Source of the DNA: Anaerolineae bacterium
Lineage (GTDB): Bacteria > Chloroflexota > Anaerolineae > JAADDB01
Length of the DNA: 35,994 nucleotides
Assembly (NCBI GenBank): GCA_026983525.1
Contig: JALWHQ010000424.1
Span: forward strand, 1-35,994
Reading direction: 5' to 3'
Position 1 is the first letter of the stretch, and every line of letters begins with the position of its first letter. The notes under the pieces were generated by a model. That model saw only the letters and a program-made list of their open reading frames with translations. It did not search any database and was not told where the DNA came from. The position numbers and the translations under genes were made by a program. Positions 1 to 8,436 of the stretch are shown here, piece by piece.

Positions 1-908
1 CCTGTGGACTGATACGCGTACGCGGACGTCAAAATCAGCGCACTCCATGTACCGGCCGCCACTGCCAGGTGCAGGGCGTTCACCAAGGGAGGGAAATTGA
101 GCCATACATTGATGGCGCCCAGCAGGCCGCCCAGCAGGAAAAGGGAGGCGGCGGTAAGGCTCCAGGTTCGGGCTTGCGGTTGCACAGATGTGTCCTGCAG
201 GGTCCGATAAACAAGAAGCCCCAACATCCCGCCGATGATGAGCGTCATGTATCGGTGAACCAGGTTGATCAGGGCCAGAGGATTGTCCGCAGGCCACAAG
301 CCTTCCTTGCACAATGGCCATCCCTGGCACACCCAGGCGGCCCCCGTGGTAGTGACCAGGGCGCCGGTCAAGATGAAGACGTACACCAGCAGGAGCGTTG
401 TATCCACAAGGCGCGCGAGGGGGCTACGTCTGCGGGCCAGTGTGGACGGTAAAAATGCACGCACAGCCGCCATAAGGACCAGCGCGATCATCAGGAGGGA
501 AAGGGCCAGGTGCACGGCTATGACCTGGGCGGGCAATTCGCGGATGACGGCCAATCCCCCCAGGCCGGATTCAATGAGCAACAGGGGAACGGTAAGGGCC
601 AGGTAGCGCGTTACCGGGTGGGTGATGGTCAGTTCTGCCCAGGCCAGGGCCGTGGCGCCGACCAGGAAAATGCCCACCACGCTGGCGACGAATCGGTGGA
701 TCCATTCCAGCCAGGCCGAAAATGTGGGGGGAGGAAAAAGTCGCCCGTAACAAAGAGGCCAATCAGGGCATCTGGGGCCCGGTGTGGTGCGCACTAAGCC
801 TCCCAATACAATGAGAGCATACATCAATAGGGCTGTCCCTATAATAAGATATCGGAGGAACGTAGAAGGTTGTCGTCGGACTGTCGGAAGTGTGCTGTCT
901 TCAGACAT
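1..908 (-). CDS. ctaA: Heme A synthase (COX15/CtaA family), N-terminal part; the ORF runs off the left edge of the window
   Basis: Hand translation of the reverse strand from the ATG (complement of 906-908) gives MSEDSTLPTVRRQPSTFLRYLIIGTALLMYALIVLGGLVRTTPGPRCPDWPLCYGRLFPPPTFSAWLEWIHRFVASVVG... and stays open to position 1. It is a multi-TM protein with the C-P-D-W-P-L-C motif and His-bearing helices typical of CtaA/COX15. It is absent from the ORF track, which appears to list only ORFs complete within the window. Confidence 0.7.
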   Translation of the reverse strand, partial: MSEDSTLPTVRRQPSTFLRYLIIGTALLMYALIVLGGLVRTTPGPRCPDWPLCYGRLFPPPTFSAWLEWIHRFVASVVGIFLVGATALAWAELTITHPVTRYLALTVPLLLIESGLGGLAVIRELPAQVIAVHLALSLLMIALVLMAAVRAFLPSTLARRRSPLARLVDTTLLLVYVFILTGALVTTTGAAWVCQGWPLCKEGLWPADNPLALINLVHRYMTLIIGGMLGLLVYRTLQDTSVQPQARTWSLTAASLFLLGGLLGAINVWLNFPPLVNALHLAVAAGTWSALILTSAYAYQST

Positions 909-1067
909 GCTTTACTCCTATATGAATCTTTGACCGGCTTCCCCACTCAGTAGCAAATCGACGGATCACTATCATAGTAGGCCAATTCGCCAGAAATCTC
1001 AAGTTTATTGTGTCAAATTTGGCCCAATTGCTTCGACGGGCGTAATGAAGTCCCTCTTGCTTCTATG

Positions 1068-1076
1068 TGGTATAAT
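1068..1076 (+). promoter_or_regulatory. Extended -10 promoter element TGgTATAAT upstream of the ParA-like gene
   Basis: TGgTATAAT lies at 1068-1076, 40 nt upstream of the ATG at 1116. No good -35 hexamer is present, which is acceptable for extended -10 promoters. Confidence 0.35.
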
Positions 1077-1115
1077 GAGGGAAAAGATGATTGAGTTAAT
1101 GTCGGGTGAGTAAAC

Positions 1116-1913
1116 ATGGCCACCATCATCGCCGTCACCAATCAAAAGGGTGGGGTCGGGAAAACAACTACCGTCGTCAATCTCGGTGCTGCACTGGCGG
1201 AGAAGGGACAGCGGGTTCTCCTCGTCGACTTGGATCCTCAAGGGTCGTTGAGCAGTGCCTTTGGGGTTGACGTGGATGAGACGACACCGACGATGTACGC
1301 CCTCTTCGTTGATCCTGCCCTTGATCCGCACGATGCGATAGTCTTCGTACGTGAACGTGTGGGCCTGATTCCCGCGGATATTCATTTGGCCGCAGTGGAA
1401 TTAGAGTTGGTCAACAAGCCGGGACGAGAGTATGTGCTCAAGGAAATACTCGCTCCTTTGAAGCGGGAGTTCGACTATATCCTCATCGATTGTGGGCCCA
1501 ATCTTGGATTGCTTACGGTTAACGCCTTGTCTGCAGCCGATGAGGTTATCGTCCCCCTGGTATGTGAGTATTTGGCGCTGCGTGGGTTGGGTACATTGTT
1601 CGAAAACATTGCCCATGTCCGTCGCACGTTGAATCGCCGCCTCTACGTGCGGGGGATTCTGCCCGTTATGTACGATGTTCGTTCCTCCCACCCGCGCCAG
1701 ATCTTGGAGGAAACGCGCACGCTCTTTGGGGATTTTGTTTTTCCCATCGTTGTACGCCGCAGCATTCGCTTTGCCGAAGCCGCGGTCATCGGCGCTCCTA
1801 TCTTGGAATACGCGCCACATCATCCCGGTGCTCAAGCGTATCGTGATCTTGCGGAGGTAATCATCAATGGCCAACAAAGACGCTCCAAAGAAAACAAAGA
1901 AAACTCGTCGTAA
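1116..1913 (+). CDS. ParA/MinD-family P-loop ATPase (orphan ParA-like; not the chromosomal Soj, which lies at 28018..28881)
   Basis: 265 aa. The deviant Walker A is IIAVTNQKGGVGKTTTVVNLGAAL, followed by LLVDLDPQGS and a Walker B-like YILIDCGP. The 3' end overlaps the next ORF by 47 nt. Confidence 0.85.
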   Translation: MATIIAVTNQKGGVGKTTTVVNLGAALAEKGQRVLLVDLDPQGSLSSAFGVDVDETTPTMYALFVDPALDPHDAIVFVRERVGLIPADIHLAAVELELVNKPGREYVLKEILAPLKREFDYILIDCGPNLGLLTVNALSAADEVIVPLVCEYLALRGLGTLFENIAHVRRTLNRRLYVRGILPVMYDVRSSHPRQILEETRTLFGDFVFPIVVRRSIRFAEAAVIGAPILEYAPHHPGAQAYRDLAEVIINGQQRRSKENKENSS

Positions 1914-3171
1914 GGAGAAAGTGGAGAAGGTCCTTCAGGATCGAGTAAAAAATACGGTCGGACGTGGAGTTCTGGCCTACTTTTCCAGCGAGGGGGCTTC
2001 CTCGTCAGAAACGGTATCCTCTCCCCCTGACATTGATGCCGCGCTGGGGGCCATGTTGGACGAGGAGGTAAAGGCCGCGGGGAATGTCCACGAGGAGTTG
2101 AAAGAGCCGCCCCCTTTGGCCAAGGCGGAGCTGGTGGCCGGTGAAAGGCCCTCTTCGGCCGAAACCCCACCGTCGGAGGCGGAGACACCTCTGCCCCCGG
2201 ATCCCGCTTCGTCCGAACCACCCGCGGGTGAGCCGGAGATGGCGACTCCTCCCCCTGAAGAGGAGGCTGTGGCGCCTGTGGCAGAGGATATTACTCCCCC
2301 ACGTTTGCGTCCCGCGGGCACACTTTTGGAGTATCCTATGGAGGTGGAGGCGACACCACCGGGTCCTGGAAGCGAGGCGACGCTGGAGATTCCCGAACCG
2401 GAGACACCCACTCCTACCCTCTCACGCGAGGAAATCGTTCTGCGGATTTCTGAAGAGCACTTCAAGGAATTGGAGAAGGAGATCGGCCAGTTGTACGATG
2501 CCGTCCCGCGTGCCTTGGCTTCCCACAAGGAGGCCGCAGATGAGGCCCTCACCACCCTCCATGAGGCGCGAGCGCTCCTTTGGGGAGCCCCTGAGCGCCT
2601 GGTGGATGTGGAGTACCGGGTGAACCAGGTTAAGACCCTCATTGAACGTCATAAACTCAGTGCAAAGTGGGCCGCGGTGTATGGGCGCCGACTTTTTATC
2701 TATGAGACGGTTTGGCTTTTCGTTTTGCTGGGGGCTTTCGTGGGCGTTCAGTTGGGACAAAAGAGCCTTCTTGCATGGGTCGGCACACTGGTGGGAAGCG
2801 GTGCAGACACGACGTTTACCGGTGTACTGGTTCCCTTCCTGAACAGCCTGATTTGGGGAGGGATTGGTGGTGTGGTAGGGGCACTTTACAGCCTATGGTG
2901 GCATGTCTCCCAATTGCAGGATTTCGATAAGCGCTACAATATGTGGTATTTGGTACAGCCCATCATGGGTATTGTGTTGGGTGGTATCGTGTACCTTATC
3001 ATTGCCACCGGATTTCTGGCTTTGCAGGGGAGCCTGCCAAGCGCTGAAACGGCACGTGGCGTACAGATGTTTCCGTCCCTCGTCGCTGTGCTGGGAGGGT
3101 TCCGCCAAAAGTTTGTGTATGAACTCCTGGATCGCATCATTCGCGTGCTGACGCCGACGCCCGAGGGATAA
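1867..3171 (+). CDS. Hypothetical membrane protein with a Lys/Arg-rich N-terminal tail, a Pro/Glu-rich disordered region, a helical segment and a C-terminal 4-TM Gly-rich domain; candidate ParA partner
   Basis: 434 aa. The ATG at 1867 is preceded by GGAGGT at 1852-1857. The first 28 residues (MANKDAPKKTKKTRRKEKVEKVLQDRVK) contain 12 K/R. About 150 residues of P/E/A/S-rich low complexity follow, then four hydrophobic helices encoded at about 2690-3140. I recognise no family motif. Confidence 0.7.
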   Translation: MANKDAPKKTKKTRRKEKVEKVLQDRVKNTVGRGVLAYFSSEGASSSETVSSPPDIDAALGAMLDEEVKAAGNVHEELKEPPPLAKAELVAGERPSSAETPPSEAETPLPPDPASSEPPAGEPEMATPPPEEEAVAPVAEDITPPRLRPAGTLLEYPMEVEATPPGPGSEATLEIPEPETPTPTLSREEIVLRISEEHFKELEKEIGQLYDAVPRALASHKEAADEALTTLHEARALLWGAPERLVDVEYRVNQVKTLIERHKLSAKWAAVYGRRLFIYETVWLFVLLGAFVGVQLGQKSLLAWVGTLVGSGADTTFTGVLVPFLNSLIWGGIGGVVGALYSLWWHVSQLQDFDKRYNMWYLVQPIMGIVLGGIVYLIIATGFLALQGSLPSAETARGVQMFPSLVAVLGGFRQKFVYELLDRIIRVLTPTPEG

Positions 3172-3309
3172 TCAAGTACAAGGACGCACGTAAGTGTGCA
3201 GCGTCACAGGTTATGGCCGTGATTTCATGTGCCCCGCAACGCGAATTGCGGGGCATCACATTCCCAGTGGCTTTCGTGCCCAACATTTCTGGTGGAGGTG
3301 AGTGTATCG

Positions 3310-4404
3310 GTGACTTCACAGCATCTTGTGCCCGTCATTCTGCTGGGGGTAGGAGGGGTTGGCCGGGCGTTGATCCAGCAGATTTTAGCCCGCCGTGATT
3401 ATCACGTGTCCCAGTATGGAGTGCGCCTGGAAATCGTGGCTGTCGCGGATCGGAATGGCGCCTGTGTTGCCCCACAAGGGTTGAGCGAGAGTGAATTGCG
3501 CACCATTGTCGAACACAAGGCCGGCGGCGGATATCTGGCCGACCTTTCCTTTGGCTATTATCAGCACAATGTGCGCGACATCGTCGACTTGGAGGCCCAT
3601 GCAAACACCATTGTGGTGGACGTCACGGCTACAGATAACACGTTCGATGCCCTTCTTCTGGCTCGCGAACGTCGGGCAGGCATCGTCCTGGCCAACAAGT
3701 TGCCTCTCACCCGTCCCCTTGAGAAGTCATCGCCCTTGTGGCAGTACCCCCGCCTACGCTACGAAACAACCGTGGGCTCGGCCGTTCCGGTGATCACCAC
3801 AGCCCAACGCTTGGCCGCCAGTGGGGAACGGATCGAGCGTGTCCAGGGCAGTTTCAGTGGCACGTTGGGATACATCATGACCGCGATTGAAGAAGGTATG
3901 GCCTTTTCGAAGGCCGTGCTGCGAGCAAAGGAACTGGGCTATACCGAACCCGACCCGCGAGAGGATCTGAGCGGTCGGGACGTCGCCCGTAAGGCGTTGA
4001 TTTTGGCGCGCACCCTGGGGTGGAAGGTTGAAATGGCCGACATCCGGGTGCAGTCCCTCTTCCCCGAAGAGTGGGCTACGTGGCCGCTGGAGGACTTTCT
4101 GGCCGAGTTGCCCGCCCTGGACGCGGACTTCTTCTCCTGGCGAAATGTTTCCCAGGCCCGTCACGAGGCCCTGCGCTATGTCGCCAAACTGACGCCCGAT
4201 CAGATAACGGTGGGGTTGGAGTTCGTGCCCCAAACCTCACCCCTTGGGCGCTTGCAAGGCACGGACAATCTCGTGGAGTTTTACACGGAATATTACGACC
4301 CCCAGCCGCTGGCCCTGCAAGGGCGCGGGGCTGGGGTAGAGGCCACCGCCTCGGGAGTTCTGAGTGACATCATCCAATTGGCCCTCGCGAGTTCATCTGC
4401 CTGA
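3310..4404 (+). CDS. hom: Homoserine dehydrogenase
   Basis: Motifs seen: Rossmann-type LLGVGGVGRALIQQI, ANKLPLT, YETTVGSAVPVI, GSFSGTLGYI and ELGYTEPDPREDLSGRDVARKALILAR, resembling the ThrA/Hom catalytic domain. The ORF opens at 3229. I prefer the GTG at 3310, which has GGAGG at 3294-3298, because the 27 upstream codons look non-protein-like. Confidence 0.8.
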   Translation: MTSQHLVPVILLGVGGVGRALIQQILARRDYHVSQYGVRLEIVAVADRNGACVAPQGLSESELRTIVEHKAGGGYLADLSFGYYQHNVRDIVDLEAHANTIVVDVTATDNTFDALLLARERRAGIVLANKLPLTRPLEKSSPLWQYPRLRYETTVGSAVPVITTAQRLAASGERIERVQGSFSGTLGYIMTAIEEGMAFSKAVLRAKELGYTEPDPREDLSGRDVARKALILARTLGWKVEMADIRVQSLFPEEWATWPLEDFLAELPALDADFFSWRNVSQARHEALRYVAKLTPDQITVGLEFVPQTSPLGRLQGTDNLVEFYTEYYDPQPLALQGRGAGVEATASGVLSDIIQLALASSSA

Positions 4405-4903
4405 GCAGGGCCAGAATCTCGTCCACCACCTGCGCCACGCGCTTCCCCGTTGTGTCGACGTGATAGGGGAGGCGCAGGTATGCGGTACGCCGCTGGGCCA
4501 GCAGCCGGCGCAGGTGGTCCTTCCAATCCGGGCGGGCGAGCAGAGGCCGGGATGAATCCTCGGCAAGGCGTTCGATTAGCGCCTCCGGTTCGGCCCACAG
4601 ACAGATGACGATGCCGGTATCGGTCATGCGTTTCCGGTTATGTTCGGGTATGAGCGCGCCTCCCCCGGTAGCGATGACCAGGCCCTGGCGAGCAGCGAGT
4701 TCCTCGATAATTTCTGCCTCCAAGCGGCGGAAGTAAGGTTCCCCGCTCTCGGCGAAAATTTGCGAGATCGTCCGTCCTTCCCGCTCCTCGATGAGCGCGT
4801 CCATGTCCACGAACGGGCGCGCAAGGCGGCGCGCAAGTTCCCGCCCAACCGCGCTCTTGCCCGTCCCCATGAACCCTGCGATCACGATGTTCCGCTCGTC
4901 CAT
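4370..4903 (-). CDS. aroK: Shikimate kinase
   Basis: 177 aa. The N-terminus NIVIAGFMGTGKSAVGRELARRL carries a Walker A, followed by ATGGGA. Size is typical for AroK. The 3' end overlaps the hom 3' end by 35 bp (4370-4404). Confidence 0.85.
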   Translation of the reverse strand: MDERNIVIAGFMGTGKSAVGRELARRLARPFVDMDALIEEREGRTISQIFAESGEPYFRRLEAEIIEELAARQGLVIATGGGALIPEHNRKRMTDTGIVICLWAEPEALIERLAEDSSRPLLARPDWKDHLRRLLAQRRTAYLRLPYHVDTTGKRVAQVVDEILALLRQMNSRGPIG

Positions 4904-4973
4904 CGCCCGGTCGGTACACCTGGCCTACTGAGGAGGAAGATCCCCTCAAACTTCATCTGTACCTTGCCTCCCA

Positions 4974-4982
4974 TGCTACAAT
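4974..4982 (+). promoter_or_regulatory. Extended -10 promoter element TGcTACAAT upstream of rtcB
   Basis: TGcTACAAT lies at 4974-4982, about 98 nt upstream of the rtcB ATG at 5080. It is the same architecture as the elements at 1068 and 16592. Confidence 0.3.
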
Positions 4983-5079
4983 GATAGGAGGGAAGATGAC
5001 AAGCTAATGACAAGCGAGATGGGGATTTCTCCTTCTCACAGATCTTTTGGACAGGGCACTTTGCAAAGGAGTGAGGCCT

Positions 5080-6531
5080 ATGGTGAAGCGAAGCGATCTC
5101 GTACAAATTGCGCCTTACCTGTACGAAATTCCCAAGTCGTATCGGGCGGACATGCGCGTGCCGGCGCGCTTCTACGCTAACGGGGAACTTTTGGCCAAGG
5201 CTCTGGAAGACCGTTCGCTGGAGCAACTGGTCAACACGGCCACGCTGCCCGGGGTGGTGAAGTGGGCCCTGGCTATGCCGGACATTCATCAGGGCTACGG
5301 CTTCCCTATCGGTGGCGTGGTGGCCACCAAGTTGCCGAACGGCATCATCTCCCCGGGAGGCGTGGGATACGACATCAATTGTGGTGTGTGCCTTCTGGCA
5401 TCCGATGCGGATGAAGGGGAGGTTCGCCCCTACTTGGAGGATCTGGCTACGGCATTGTACGAGTACGTGCCCAGTGGTGTGGGTGTAAAGGGGTTCGTGC
5501 GGCTTTCGGATAAGGAACTGGACGAACTTATGGTCAGGGGCGCACGCTGGACCCTGGAACGCGGGTACGCGCGGCCGGAGGACTTGCGTCACACCGAGGA
5601 AGGGGGCGCGATGAAAGGCGCGGATCCGAGCAAGGTGAGCAAGAAGGCCCGCGAGCGAGGGCGCGCCCAAGTCGGCACGCTGGGCGCGGGCAACCACTTC
5701 GCCGAAATCGACGTCGTGGACGAGGTGTTCGACGCGGACGTGGCCGCGGCCTTTGGGCTTTGGGAGGGCCAGATCGTGGTGCAAATTCACTGTGGGAGTC
5801 GGGGGTTCGGCCACCAGATTTGTACGGACTACGTGCAACTCTTTCAGAAGGCCATTCGCAAGTACGGCATCACATTGCCCGACCGGGAGTTGGTGTGCGC
5901 GCCCTTTGACACGCCCGAAGGGCAATCCTACTTCGCGGCCATGGTTGCCGCGGCCAACTACGCCTGGGCCAACCGTCAATTGCTCACCCACCAGGTGCGC
6001 CAGGCCTTCGAGACCGTACTCGCCGGAAAGGTAAAGGGCTTTGACCTGCGCGTCGTGTACGACGTGGCGCACAACATCGCCAAGCGCGAGTTCCACGACA
6101 TCGACGGCAAACGGATGGAAGTGCTCGTCCATCGCAAGGGCGCGACGCGCGCCTTCCCCGCCGGCCATGAGGCCATTCCGGAGGACTATCGCGATTACGG
6201 GCAGCCCGTGCTGGTTCCGGGATCCATGGGCACCGCGTCGTGGGTGCTGGTGGGCACGCCCAGCGCCATGGATCAGACCTTTGGGTCGTCGTGTCATGGG
6301 GCCGGACGAATGATGAGTCGTCGCCAGGCGACCAAGCGGGTGCGCGGCCAGACGCTCATTGAGGAGTTGAAGCACGAGGGCATTGTCGTGCGCGCGGGCA
6401 GCATGCGCGGTGTGGCCGAGGAAGCCCCCTTCGCGTACAAGGACGTGGATCTGGTGGTGGAGGTGGTGCACAACGCCGGCATCGCGCGCAAGGTCGCCCG
6501 ACTGCGCCCCATTGCCGTGGTGAAGGGATAA
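5080..6531 (+). CDS. rtcB: RNA 3'-phosphate/5'-OH ligase RtcB
   Basis: Motifs seen: [50 protein letters not shown] and SSCHGAGR. The ORF track starts at 5047. The ATG at 5080 follows AAGGAGTGAGG and is the likelier start. Confidence 0.9.
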   Translation: MVKRSDLVQIAPYLYEIPKSYRADMRVPARFYANGELLAKALEDRSLEQLVNTATLPGVVKWALAMPDIHQGYGFPIGGVVATKLPNGIISPGGVGYDINCGVCLLASDADEGEVRPYLEDLATALYEYVPSGVGVKGFVRLSDKELDELMVRGARWTLERGYARPEDLRHTEEGGAMKGADPSKVSKKARERGRAQVGTLGAGNHFAEIDVVDEVFDADVAAAFGLWEGQIVVQIHCGSRGFGHQICTDYVQLFQKAIRKYGITLPDRELVCAPFDTPEGQSYFAAMVAAANYAWANRQLLTHQVRQAFETVLAGKVKGFDLRVVYDVAHNIAKREFHDIDGKRMEVLVHRKGATRAFPAGHEAIPEDYRDYGQPVLVPGSMGTASWVLVGTPSAMDQTFGSSCHGAGRMMSRRQATKRVRGQTLIEELKHEGIVVRAGSMRGVAEEAPFAYKDVDLVVEVVHNAGIARKVARLRPIAVVKG

Positions 6532-6540
6532 CGGACGTTC

Positions 6541-6575
6541 GCGTGTGGGCCAGGCGCACGCCCTGGCCCACACGC
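6541..6575. terminator. GC-rich hairpin filling the gap between the convergent rtcB and aor stop codons (candidate bidirectional terminator)
   Basis: A perfect 14-bp stem pairs GCGTGTGGGCCAGG (6541-6554) with CCTGGCCCACACGC (6562-6575), with a 7-nt loop. There is no U-tract on either side. Confidence 0.5.
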
Positions 6576-8396
6576 TCATACAATCCCCAGTCGTTTCAAC
6601 GTTTCTTCTCGAGGCTCTCCCGTCTCCTCGTCCCACCCTCGAACGCGGTAATAGTGGCGGAGCATCTTGTCCACGTCGGGCGCATACCCGGCAGAGGGGC
6701 CGTCTGCGAGGGGCTGACGTAAGAGTTTGGGCAGCGTGTCGTCCGCGCGGGTCATCCCCAGCCGATGGTTGAGCCATCGCTTGAATGTGTAGATGCGTTC
6801 TCCCGCGCGGGCAACGTCTTCAACCGTCCAATCCCATCCCGTCACAGCATTGAGTAAATCGACCATTCCCTGGGCTGTTACGTCTTCAAAGTGACAGAGG
6901 ATAACGGAGTTGGTGAAGGCGCGGTAGTCTATCACCCGCGCCACGACGCGTGCCTTCTCCTCCGACTCGTCGTGTGGGTCGCCCATGACTATTCCCAGTT
7001 CGGGTACCTCGCGGCCGGTGTCCACGTGGTACATATCCCCGGACATGTGATCGGCCCCGCGCGTGGCTGTCGCATAGACCAGGGCCAATCCGCTGAAAGC
7101 GCGCGGGTCGTGATACGGCACCTCGAGGCCCTTCACATGGGCGGCCTCATCCGGAACGCCCCAGTACTCGCCTGCACGTTTGACCCCTTCGGCGAGGATG
7201 TCGCCGATTCCCTCGCGGTGAGCGATCTTTTCCACAAGGGCAATGGCTGCCCGGCTGTTGCCCCAGGAAAGGTCGAGCCCGTCGACATTGGCGGGGGTGA
7301 GTTTGCCGGTGTTGTAGAGGTGAAACGCGAAGGCCACGGCAGCGGAGGTGGAAATGGTGTCCAGCCCGTAGCGGTTACAGAGGTGTCCCGCGTAAGCGGC
7401 ATCGGCCAGGTTATCCGACCCGACTATGAAAGAGAAGCCAACGGCCGTCTCGTATTCGGGTCCGTCCACTTTGGGCTGGTCGTACTCGGGCAATTGGATT
7501 TCCCGACCACAGGCGATGGGGCAGCGATAGCAGGCCACATGGCGGAGCAGGTAGGTGTCGTTCAGCGTGGGGGCGCTGACCTTTTCCGTCCACGCTTCCA
7601 CGTCCCCTTGCGTGTAGTAACGCGCGGGCACGTCGCCGTACATGGCCCCGACTTCTGTGTAGAGGATGGTGCCGCCCAACCGAAGCATTTGCGTGTAAAT
7701 GTCATCCAGAACGTGGCGCATGGTGCGGCGCAACGTGTCGCGAAATGTGTCCGGGTGGGCGATGGGCACTTTCTGACGACCGTGAACAACGATGGCTTTA
7801 AGTCCCTTGCTGCCCATTACTGCGCCCATGCCTGTGCGTCCGGCAGCGCGGCCGTGGTCGTTCATGATTGCCGCGTAGCGCACAAGGCGTTCCCCGGCCG
7901 GGCCTATGGCCGCCACCTTTGCCTTGGGAAGGTTGAGATCCGCGCGCAGGCGGTCTTGCACCTCGTACGTGTCCAGCCCGGCCAGGTCGGGCCGATGGAT
8001 GAGCTGTGCCCGCCCCCCTTCGATGACGAGGACGGCCCAGGGTTCAGCCTGACCGGTGATGATGATCCCATCGTATCCGGCAAAGCGGAGTTCCGGGCCC
8101 CAGAAGCCCCCACTGTTGGCCTCGCCTACGAAGGTCGTGAGGGGTGAGCGGGCCACAACACTGTAACGTCCGGCAGCGGGGATGGGGGTGCCCACAAAGG
8201 GACCGGTCATGAAGATGAGGGGGGCTGCTGGATCAAAGGGATCGGTGTCTGGAGTAAGGTAATCTGCAAGGAGTCGGGCTCCCAGCCCTGACCCGCCCAC
8301 GAACCGGCGGGCCATGTCCATATCCAGAGGGATGTCTTCCAAGCGCCCGCTGGACAAGTCGACGAACAAGAGCCTGCCCATGTAGCCGTAATGCAT
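6576..8396 (-). CDS. aor: Aldehyde:ferredoxin oxidoreductase (tungstopterin AOR family)
   Basis: The N-terminus is MHYGYMGRLLFVDLSSGRLEDIPLD...GGSGLGARLL. A Cys cluster CYRCPIACGR is present, the length is about 607 aa, and a DxxGLD-type C-terminal region is typical of AOR. The ORF extends to 8561, but the ATG at 8396 has a GGAG 9 nt upstream and matches the usual AOR N-terminus. Confidence 0.8.
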   Translation of the reverse strand: MHYGYMGRLLFVDLSSGRLEDIPLDMDMARRFVGGSGLGARLLADYLTPDTDPFDPAAPLIFMTGPFVGTPIPAAGRYSVVARSPLTTFVGEANSGGFWGPELRFAGYDGIIITGQAEPWAVLVIEGGRAQLIHRPDLAGLDTYEVQDRLRADLNLPKAKVAAIGPAGERLVRYAAIMNDHGRAAGRTGMGAVMGSKGLKAIVVHGRQKVPIAHPDTFRDTLRRTMRHVLDDIYTQMLRLGGTILYTEVGAMYGDVPARYYTQGDVEAWTEKVSAPTLNDTYLLRHVACYRCPIACGREIQLPEYDQPKVDGPEYETAVGFSFIVGSDNLADAAYAGHLCNRYGLDTISTSAAVAFAFHLYNTGKLTPANVDGLDLSWGNSRAAIALVEKIAHREGIGDILAEGVKRAGEYWGVPDEAAHVKGLEVPYHDPRAFSGLALVYATATRGADHMSGDMYHVDTGREVPELGIVMGDPHDESEEKARVVARVIDYRAFTNSVILCHFEDVTAQGMVDLLNAVTGWDWTVEDVARAGERIYTFKRWLNHRLGMTRADDTLPKLLRQPLADGPSAGYAPDVDKMLRHYYRVRGWDEETGEPREETLKRLGIV

Positions 8397-8436
8397 AGGC
8401 GCGTTCTCCGCAGAGTGATGGGGGTGAGAACCGGAC

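Noticed and set aside
4882-6777. 631-aa minus-strand ORF covering the whole of rtcB
   Set aside because: It is antisense to a gene with unambiguous RtcB motifs. The translated sequence is Arg/Gly/His/Pro/Ala-rich with no recognisable motif. Long stop-free antisense frames are expected in DNA of 60-70% GC.
6891-8147. 418-aa plus-strand ORF opposite the aldehyde:ferredoxin oxidoreductase gene
   Set aside because: It is an antisense shadow ORF in high-GC sequence, with no RBS or motif. The minus-strand product is clearly AOR-like.
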